Shown: in pieces, positions 7,292 to 13,862 of the stretch
Layout: every line of letters starts with the position of its first letter
How positions within the stretch are numbered: position 1 is the first letter of the stretch
DNA from: Candidatus Latescibacterota bacterium
GTDB taxonomy: Bacteria > Latescibacterota > UBA2968
Assembly (NCBI GenBank): GCA_038279365.1
Contig: JAYODI010000116.1
Coordinates: 1-13,862, forward strand
Direction of reading: 5' to 3'
DNA length: 13,862 nucleotides
The notes under the pieces: generated by a model
Told to the model about the DNA's origin: nothing
Seen by the model: only the letters and a program-made list of their open reading frames with translations
Database searches by the model: none
Made by a program: the position numbers and the translations under genes

Positions 7292-8812
7292 TTCAAACCA
7301 CACAGGCACTTCACGATAATCACCATTCAATGTCCACCGCACCAAATAACGCCCCGCTTTGAGCGGTTTGCCCATTGCATTGGTACCATCCCAAGACATC
7401 GTAAACACACCTTTGACACCATCTGCCCCACCTGTCATCGCATTGTCATACAACCCCACAATGCGCGTGCCATTTTCGCCATAGATCGCAATTTCAAACG
7501 CACCGCTCACATCTGCCTTACTCACCAAAGTAACCGTCTCGCTCTGCTTAAAAACCACAGGCAAAACAGCAACCAGTGTCAAATCGGCACAATTTGAAAA
7601 CGACACATCAAAAACATCTACACCATTGGCCATCACATCTTTGCGCTCAAAACCAATGACCTCTTTTTTTTCTACCTGATAAAAATAGTCATATGCAAGT
7701 GTTTCGGGTTTCAGTTGCTTTTCATAGAGCAAACGAATGGTTGGATCAAAATCACGCAGCGCCGACCACAACGTGCCAGCGCGTCCTTTCCACCCTTCGG
7801 GCGGTGGCGGTGGCGCTTGCCAGATACCTCGCGCATCAGAATTGCGCCATTGAGGGTCGTCTACATCCCCATTCCACATCACTTTTAAATTGGTGCGAAT
7901 CATCCGCTCGATATCTGCCTGATCAAACACAATTCCCGAATGATACGCCTCCACAATATTATCCAACTCTCCGGCCTGATAATTGCGATAAGGATGCACA
8001 TTGACCCAATGCCGCAAATCGTTGCCAGCAACATCCCAAACACCCGTCGGCTCCCAATAATTCCATACCACATAATCATCGACCAAACGCATACGGCTTT
8101 TCACCAAACGGAAAATACGCACAGCCCGATCTCGATAAGATATTTCACCCGTTATCCGCCACAGACGCAAACTGGCAATGCCCATGTCAAATTGCTTGTT
8201 AAAAGGCAACGACAATGTCGATTTTGAAATCTCTATATCGCGCCACTGTGACAAATCACCGGGTTTCAAATATTGATCCCAAGAAGCATAAGACCCATAA
8301 GGACCATCTTCATGCCAGGTGCCACGTTTATCCCATTTTTCGATCAAATGTTTCTTTGCCAAAACCACATATTTTTGGGCAACATCACCATATTTTTCTT
8401 TCAATGTCTCATCTTTTAAAACCGTTTCGGAAAATCGCAACATAGGATTAAACAAAATTGCATCTCCCACATGCACATCACACCAAACCTTTTTATCATA
8501 AATAAAAGGCCCAATCCATCCCTGATATCCATCGGGAGCTGTGGCCATCAGCCCAACCAACCAATCGAAATAAATCACGCCACGATCCAGCCAAGCCGTA
8601 TCGTTATAAGCCAAATAACCCGTCACAAAATCATCGGCAGCATAAGCCGCATGCCAGCAAAACCCCTCACCCGTTACCTGACCTTCTACTTGAAGATGAC
8701 TGTTTTGCATCACCTGTTTGAATCGTTGTTCGGCAGATGGACCCCCCGCCATAATCAAACCCCTTCCGAAGACAAATAAAGTGAGCAAAAAACAAAAACC
8801 GATACGTCGCAT
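7289..8812 (-). CDS. Secreted hypothetical protein: putative (alpha/alpha)-barrel carbohydrate-active-like domain plus C-terminal FlgD-Ig-like domain
   Basis: Start moved to ATG 8812, which has SD AGGAGG 7 nt upstream (507 aa). N-terminus MRRIGFCFLLTLFVFG looks like a signal peptide. The core is rich in Trp, Tyr and Asp with helical-hairpin-like segments (YLAYNDTAWLD, LWRITGEISYRDRA). The C-terminal IAIY..NG.RI...SWDGTNAMGKPLKAGRYLVR matches the FlgD-Ig pattern. The CDS is secure, the function is inferred. Confidence 0.6.
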   Translation of the reverse strand: MRRIGFCFLLTLFVFGRGLIMAGGPSAEQRFKQVMQNSHLQVEGQVTGEGFCWHAAYAADDFVTGYLAYNDTAWLDRGVIYFDWLVGLMATAPDGYQGWIGPFIYDKKVWCDVHVGDAILFNPMLRFSETVLKDETLKEKYGDVAQKYVVLAKKHLIEKWDKRGTWHEDGPYGSYASWDQYLKPGDLSQWRDIEISKSTLSLPFNKQFDMGIASLRLWRITGEISYRDRAVRIFRLVKSRMRLVDDYVVWNYWEPTGVWDVAGNDLRHWVNVHPYRNYQAGELDNIVEAYHSGIVFDQADIERMIRTNLKVMWNGDVDDPQWRNSDARGIWQAPPPPPEGWKGRAGTLWSALRDFDPTIRLLYEKQLKPETLAYDYFYQVEKKEVIGFERKDVMANGVDVFDVSFSNCADLTLVAVLPVVFKQSETVTLVSKADVSGAFEIAIYGENGTRIVGLYDNAMTGGADGVKGVFTMSWDGTNAMGKPLKAGRYLVRWTLNGDYREVPVWFE

Positions 8813-8844
8813 AAAACAACCTCCTGTTAATATAGATTGCCTCG

Positions 8845-8873
8845 ATGATGCTTCATAATGAGGCATCTGTCAA
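8845..8873 (-). promoter_or_regulatory. Putative sigma70 promoter for the leftward block, with an operator-like palindrome in its spacer
   Basis: On the minus strand, -35 TTGACA (8873-8868, perfect), a 17-bp spacer and -10 CATCAT (8850-8845, 4/6). The palindrome GATGCTTCAT-A-ATGAGGCATC (8847-8867) is 9/10 symmetric. Confidence 0.55.
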
Positions 8874-8952
8874 GTGCTAAACTCGCACCTCTTTTTCCCC
8901 TTCCATTTTAAAACATTCCTTTTTATGTTGAGCAAATCACAAAGGAGAAAAC

Positions 8953-9999
8953 ATGAAAATCACCGACATTAAAATTGACATTCAAAAACGCCCACCATCC
9001 GACAATCCCAAACGAGATGCCTTACAAGCCTTACCGGGTTCAGGTTCGGTCTCCGTCATCATCGAAACCGACAACGGCATCACAGGCACCGGTGGAGCCA
9101 GCTTTGGCCGTATTGCGGGCGCACCCGATGCTTTAGCCGCCATTATTGAACACGAACTTAAGCCCATTGTCCTCAACCAAGACCCAGCCTATGTGCGGGG
9201 CCTTCATCAAGAAATGCTACGCGAAACCGAATACCACAGTGCATCGGGGCTCACCACCTTTGGTATAGCAGCCATAGACACCGCCCTTTGGGATTGCCTG
9301 GGCCGCTCGCTTGGTGTACCCTGTTGGCAACTGTGGGGAGGCGTCAACACCCAAGTGCGTGCCTATGCCATGGTCGGCTGGCTCAATTATTCAGACAGCG
9401 AAGTCCAAGACATTTGTGCCAAAGCCGTGGCTCAAGGATTTCACGCTGTCAAAATCAAAGTCGGTTATCCCACACTCAAAGAAGACATCAAACGCATTCA
9501 AACCGTACGCGCTGCTGTGGGTGAAAACATTGGCATTATGATTGACGCCAATCAATCTCTCACCACAGCAGAAGCCACTTACAGAGGGCGTGCGTTTGAA
9601 GACCTTGGATGTGTATGGTGGGAAGAACCCATTCCCGCCGACGACATTGATGGTTATGCGCAACTGGCACATGCCCTCAATATTCCAATTGCCACAGGCG
9701 AAAACCTTTATACAGCCCAAGACTTTGCCCGATTCTTCAAACGCGAAGCCGTAGATATCGTTCAGCCCGACTTGCGCCGAGCAGGTGGCCCCACCGCATT
9801 GTTACAAATTGGGCAAACTGCCCACGCCTTTCGCATTCCTTATGCCTCTCATGGCGGTGGCCCAGTTCAGCTTAACATTATGGCCTGTTTGCCCAATGCC
9901 CTCTATCTCGAAACGGGGCTCATCCCAGAAGGCTCACCTCTCAAACTCACAGACGGTTTTGTCAACATTCCGTGTGGACCAGGCTTCTCGTGGGAATAA
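8953..9999 (+). CDS. Enolase superfamily, mandelate racemase subgroup enzyme (probable acid-sugar dehydratase)
   Basis: 348 aa. Motifs AAIDTALWD, KIKVG (KxK), metal ligands in MIDAN, WEEP and TGEN, His-Asp dyad from QPD and ASH, and YLE. SD AAGGAG at 8942-8947. Confidence 0.92.
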   Translation: MKITDIKIDIQKRPPSDNPKRDALQALPGSGSVSVIIETDNGITGTGGASFGRIAGAPDALAAIIEHELKPIVLNQDPAYVRGLHQEMLRETEYHSASGLTTFGIAAIDTALWDCLGRSLGVPCWQLWGGVNTQVRAYAMVGWLNYSDSEVQDICAKAVAQGFHAVKIKVGYPTLKEDIKRIQTVRAAVGENIGIMIDANQSLTTAEATYRGRAFEDLGCVWWEEPIPADDIDGYAQLAHALNIPIATGENLYTAQDFARFFKREAVDIVQPDLRRAGGPTALLQIGQTAHAFRIPYASHGGGPVQLNIMACLPNALYLETGLIPEGSPLKLTDGFVNIPCGPGFSWE

Positions 10000-10050
10000 A
10001 TATCAGCAACACAGAAACCATTGCGCGCCACTTTAATGTGGAGATATCGC

Positions 10051-10941
10051 GTGGTCATTAGCTATGGCGAACTCGTCGCCCTGCTCAGCGCGGGCATTTG
10101 GGCCATAACAAGCCTCATATTAAAAACCTTATCCGAAAAATATCCCGCAGCACTCATCACTTCTATTCGGTGTGGCGTTGCAGGTATCTTTTTTTGGGCA
10201 TGGCTGCCATTTGGCGAATCGCTTGCCAACTTTGCCACTGTCCCTATTCATGAATGGCTCTTGTTAATTGGATCTGTGGTCTTAGGCATTGTCATTGGCG
10301 ATCAACTTTATCTGCACGCCATGAAAGAAATAGGCATGTCGCGTACCATGGCCTTGGTGGGCACTTTTCCCATTACCACCCTATTTTGGGAACAACTGCT
10401 CTTAAATTTGCCCACCTCAAAAACATTTATCATCGGTTGTCTTTTAGCGGCATCAGGCGTCATTGTTTTATCGTACCAAACACACCAACAAAAAGAAAAG
10501 CAAAAAGACAAACCCATTCGGCTCAAACGCGGTGTCATTCTCTCACTTAGTGCCTCCATGTTTTGGGGCTTAAGCACCACACTCCTCAGACCAGCCGTAG
10601 AGCACCTCACAACCGTACAAGCCAACAGCGTTCGCCTTCCCTTGGTCACTTTGTGTTTAATGGTTGTTTGGCGACTCAACAAAGGCCGAGGGAAATTGCG
10701 CGATATTGAATGGAAAGCCCTCATCCTCATCGCAGTCTCAGGTTTACTCGGCATGGGCATTGGATCGTTTTTTTATCTTGAAGCCGTTGTTCATATTGGC
10801 CCAGCCAAAACAGCCACCCTCTCGGCAGTTACACCCGTCTTGTCACTCATTATGGGCGTGCTTTTTCTTAAAGAACAGTTTACCATCCGTTTGCTCTTAG
10901 GTGTTGCCTTGTGTGTCACAGGCGTCTTATTGGTTTTATAA
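10051..10941 (+). CDS. EamA/DMT family transporter
   Basis: About 10 hydrophobic segments in two EamA repeats (ALLSAGIWA...GDQLYLHAMKEIG and LSASMFWG...IGPAKTATLS...LFLKE). Start placed at GTG 10051, with GGAG at 10040-10043. ATG 10036 and TTG 10021 are alternatives. Confidence 0.9.
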   Translation: MVISYGELVALLSAGIWAITSLILKTLSEKYPAALITSIRCGVAGIFFWAWLPFGESLANFATVPIHEWLLLIGSVVLGIVIGDQLYLHAMKEIGMSRTMALVGTFPITTLFWEQLLLNLPTSKTFIIGCLLAASGVIVLSYQTHQQKEKQKDKPIRLKRGVILSLSASMFWGLSTTLLRPAVEHLTTVQANSVRLPLVTLCLMVVWRLNKGRGKLRDIEWKALILIAVSGLLGMGIGSFFYLEAVVHIGPAKTATLSAVTPVLSLIMGVLFLKEQFTIRLLLGVALCVTGVLLVL

Positions 10942-10983
10942 TACCCTCTCCCATAAATTCATTTGTAAAAAAGGAGTGCGTTT

Positions 10984-12375
10984 ATGTCAACCGAACGCCC
11001 AAACATCATCTTTATTCTCAGCGATGACCAAGGCCCTTGGGCAGCGGGTTGTTATGGCAACAATGAAATTCGCACACCCAACCTCGACCGCATCGCCAAA
11101 ACAGGTATGCGCTTTGATCGCTTCTTTTGCGCCTCACCTGTTTGCTCACCCAGCCGTGCCTCATTCCTCACCGGACAAATCTCTTCCCAACACGGCGTAC
11201 ACGACTGGATACGCGAAGGCAACTATGGCGACCACATTGCCACCTACCTCAATGGCCAAACAGCCTACACCGACATCCTCTCACAAAATGGCTACACCTG
11301 TGGCATCAGTGGCAAATGGCACTTGGGCAACAGCGCCTTGCCCCAACACGGGTTTTCGCACTGGTTTGTACACGAAAAAGGGGGCGGCCCATACAACAAC
11401 GCCCCCATGATTCGCAACGGTGAATTGTTCAACGCACCCGGTTATGTCACCAACGTGATCACCGATGATGCCCTCGAATTTATTGACACACACGCCCAAG
11501 ATGAAAATCCGTTTTATCTAAGTGTACACTACACCGCCCCACACAGTCCGTGGACAGGCCACCCACAAGACATTGTTGATTCTTACGATGATTGCCCATT
11601 CGAATCTTGCCCACAAGAACCGATGCATCCGTGGGCCGGTGGCCTCACCAAAAACAGCTTGGGCAATCGCGAAATGCTCAAAGGTTACTTTGCCGCTGTC
11701 ACCGCAATGGACCTCGACATTGGGCGCATCTTAGACAAACTCGAAGCGCAAAACATTCGCAACAACACCCTCATCGTCTTCACCAGCGACAACGGTTTCT
11801 CCTGTGGCCACCACGGCTTTTGGGGCAAAGGCAATGGCACATACCCCATCAATATGTATGAAAACTCCGTGCGCATCCCTTTCATCATCAGCCATCCAGA
11901 TCACATCTCCCAAGGTGTTGCCCAAAATGCCATGTGCAGTGCCTACGACTTTATGCCGACCCTCCTCGACTACGTTGGCCTCACCCTCCCCAACAATCCC
12001 AATCTCCCAGGCCAATCCTTCTTGCCCACCCTCCTTGGCCAAACAGATAAAAACCGAGAAAACATTATCATCTATGACGAATATGGCCCCACCCGCATGG
12101 TGCGCACCAACGATTGGAAATACATTCACCGCTACCCCGAAGGCCCCAACGAACTCTACGACTTAAAAAATGATCCCAACGAACGCATCAACCTCATTGG
12201 CGATCCAACAAACCAAAACCGCATTTCAGAAATGCGTGGTGTACTCGAAAATTGGTTCACCCAATACGTCCACACCGAAAAAGACGGCAAAAACTTCCCC
12301 GTCACAGGTGGCGGCCAACTGCGCCCAGTGGGGGGGCTATGGGAAGACGGTTCTGATGCATTTATAGGTCATTAA
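10984..12375 (+). CDS. Formylglycine-dependent (Cys-type, S1 family) sulfatase, probably cytoplasmic
   Basis: 463 aa. Motifs RPNIIFILSDDQG, CSPSRASFLTG (CxPxR at 11143-11157), GKWHLG, APHSP, FTSDNG, GKGN, YENSVRIP and ELYDLKNDPNE. No signal peptide. SD AAGGAG at 10971-10976. Confidence 0.95.
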   Translation: MSTERPNIIFILSDDQGPWAAGCYGNNEIRTPNLDRIAKTGMRFDRFFCASPVCSPSRASFLTGQISSQHGVHDWIREGNYGDHIATYLNGQTAYTDILSQNGYTCGISGKWHLGNSALPQHGFSHWFVHEKGGGPYNNAPMIRNGELFNAPGYVTNVITDDALEFIDTHAQDENPFYLSVHYTAPHSPWTGHPQDIVDSYDDCPFESCPQEPMHPWAGGLTKNSLGNREMLKGYFAAVTAMDLDIGRILDKLEAQNIRNNTLIVFTSDNGFSCGHHGFWGKGNGTYPINMYENSVRIPFIISHPDHISQGVAQNAMCSAYDFMPTLLDYVGLTLPNNPNLPGQSFLPTLLGQTDKNRENIIIYDEYGPTRMVRTNDWKYIHRYPEGPNELYDLKNDPNERINLIGDPTNQNRISEMRGVLENWFTQYVHTEKDGKNFPVTGGGQLRPVGGLWEDGSDAFIGH

Positions 12376-12447
12376 GAATAGCTGATCCTATATCAAATGA
12401 AAATTTGCATATCAAAGTTTAGACAGGGAACTTTTATGACCTTCAAT

Positions 12448-12475
12448 TTGATTTGCATCACCCCCCCCTTACAAT
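12448..12475 (+). promoter_or_regulatory. Putative sigma70 promoter for the MFS gene with a C8 tract in the spacer
   Basis: -35 TTGATT (12448-12453), a 16-nt spacer containing CCCCCCCC (12461-12468), and -10 TACAAT (12470-12475), about 40 nt before the ATG at 12515. Confidence 0.35.
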
Positions 12476-12514
12476 ACAGACCATCATTTTAAATGCACTT
12501 TAAAAAAGGAAATT

Positions 12515-13822
12515 ATGTCGGAAATAAAAACCACAGAAGAAACAGAACTCACAGAAGAACAACGTAAAAAAGGCCAACCCCGCCTTGTTGGATTAGCTGT
12601 TATGGGCTCGGTGAACAATGCCTTTATCACCTCCATCAGCGCACTCTTTTTACTCGCCCTCAATGCCAGCGCCTTCCAAGTGGGGCTTCTCGCCTCTGCC
12701 AGCCACCTCCAGCGTGCCACCCGACTTATTGGTTTACACCTCATTCCCAAAATAGGCAAAGCCCACCTCATGTTTTGGGGCCGAAGCATCTCCATCTTAC
12801 CGACCATCGGGCTCATCGTCTTGGCCCTTTATCTGCAACCCAGCGCCCAAGCCGTTTGGTTGGCTCTCATCATGATCACCTTACGGGGGCTCTTGCAACA
12901 AACCGCCAACACCGCCTGGTGGCCGCTCATTCAAGACAACACAGCAAGCAACGCCATTGGTCACTTTATGGCACGCATGCGCATGGCTCAACGCGCCCTC
13001 GAAATTGTCTTACCCATCTGTGTAGGCTGGTATTTGGGCACCAAACCCCCTGCCGAACACTTCACCCCCCTCTTTGCACTTTCTTTGCTCGCCACACTTT
13101 TAGGGGCCTGGTGGATTCGCAAAGTATCTGAATGCCCACAACCCCATACCAATCAAAACCTCTTTCAACGTCTCTGGCAAGTCATCAAGCACCATCCCGT
13201 TCAGTGTTTGGGTATCTATATGGCCGTGTATATGGGTTTGCGTTCCATGGGCTTCACATTTTGGGTTGTGTTGCTCACTGAGCGTGGCATGTCCTATATG
13301 CATTTTGTTTGGCTCACATCCGTAGGCGCATTGGGTCAACTTATTTGCCTCCCTTTTTGGGGCAGAGTGGTTGACCGTCATGGCGGGCGATCTGCCATCA
13401 CCATTGCCCTTTTGGGCATGATCCTACTTGGTTTTTTTTGGATCACATTGCCCACCAATTTATTTTGGCTCACCCTATGGGCCGGTGGCATATTCCTTTT
13501 GTGGGGCATCATTGATGGCGCACACCAAATGGGGCGCACGCACACCATGATGAAAGCAGTCTCTTCTGACTACCAAGCCGAAAGTTTTTCTGTTATCATG
13601 TATGGAGCCTCCATTGGAGGCATTGTGGGTGGTTTATCTGGTGGAGCCGTCTTTGAATATGTCCAAAAACTCACCCACACCACATATGACTCTGAACTGC
13701 TTTACTTAGCTGGCATCCAATTTTTATATTTCATTGTGTTTATACTCAGTCGTTCATTACCCGGTCACGCCGATCAAACCACCACACGAGAGTTGATACG
13801 AAAAACCGTCAAATCCGAATAG
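12515..13822 (+). CDS. Major facilitator superfamily transporter
   Basis: 435 aa with about 11-12 hydrophobic helices in two halves. Contains LNASAFQVGLL and the MFS motif A-like WGRVVDRHGGR. SD AAAGGA upstream. Confidence 0.9.
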   Translation: MSEIKTTEETELTEEQRKKGQPRLVGLAVMGSVNNAFITSISALFLLALNASAFQVGLLASASHLQRATRLIGLHLIPKIGKAHLMFWGRSISILPTIGLIVLALYLQPSAQAVWLALIMITLRGLLQQTANTAWWPLIQDNTASNAIGHFMARMRMAQRALEIVLPICVGWYLGTKPPAEHFTPLFALSLLATLLGAWWIRKVSECPQPHTNQNLFQRLWQVIKHHPVQCLGIYMAVYMGLRSMGFTFWVVLLTERGMSYMHFVWLTSVGALGQLICLPFWGRVVDRHGGRSAITIALLGMILLGFFWITLPTNLFWLTLWAGGIFLLWGIIDGAHQMGRTHTMMKAVSSDYQAESFSVIMYGASIGGIVGGLSGGAVFEYVQKLTHTTYDSELLYLAGIQFLYFIVFILSRSLPGHADQTTTRELIRKTVKSE

Positions 13823-13862
13823 ACGCCCAGCCACAGGCTACAACGAGCGTAGCGAGTAATAG

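Noticed and set aside
8813..8866. Upstream ATG 8866 for the secreted protein
   Set aside because: The extension covers the SD (AGGAGG) and the predicted promoter, and it would bury the signal peptide.
10901..12367. Several 65-170 aa alternative-frame and antisense ORFs over the sulfatase, and similar ones over nrfA, nrfH, the AKR, DUF92, EamA and MFS genes
   Set aside because: They lie almost entirely within well-supported genes, have low-complexity Pro/Thr/His/Ser-rich translations and show no motifs. They are explained by codon bias and strand skew.
12533..12559. 9-bp periodic repeat ACAGAAGAA-ACAGAACTC-ACAGAAGAA at the MFS 5' end
   Set aside because: It encodes a low-complexity acidic N-terminal tail (TEETELTEE), is in frame, and has no sign of independent function.
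1..13862. Mobile element, prophage or anti-phage defence system
   Set aside because: No transposase, integrase, nuclease, phage or defence-type domain is recognisable. The methyltransferase resembles RNA methylases and has no partner restriction gene in the window.

Overview
Gene-dense bacterial chromosomal window with 12 supportable CDSs and no rRNA, tRNA, CRISPR or transposase. Left block (+): a Trm11-like SAM methyltransferase, an amidohydrolase-2 protein with a non-canonical active site, and a PL22 oligogalacturonate lyase-family gene. A strong bidirectional terminator follows. Middle block (-), in transcription order: a secreted helical-barrel protein with a C-terminal FlgD-Ig-like domain, a DUF92 membrane protein, an aldo/keto reductase, then a stand-alone nrfH-nrfA pair. 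Its NrfA is the variant with CXXCH rather than CXXCK at heme 1, and no heme-lyase genes are adjacent. Right block (+): a mandelate racemase-subgroup enolase-family enzyme, an EamA/DMT transporter, a Cys-type sulfatase and an MFS transporter. Most genes fit catabolism of uronic or sulfated sugars (inference). The intergenic DNA is structured: a heptamer-repeat hairpin at 7211-7291 whose TGTGACTT core recurs as an inverted pair upstream of nrfH, a 21-bp palindrome inside a sigma70-like promoter, and a C8 tract in a putative promoter spacer. Gene content loosely suggests a Latescibacterota-like or similar polysaccharide degrader, which is a low-confidence guess. All family calls come from motif recognition by eye, not from database searches.
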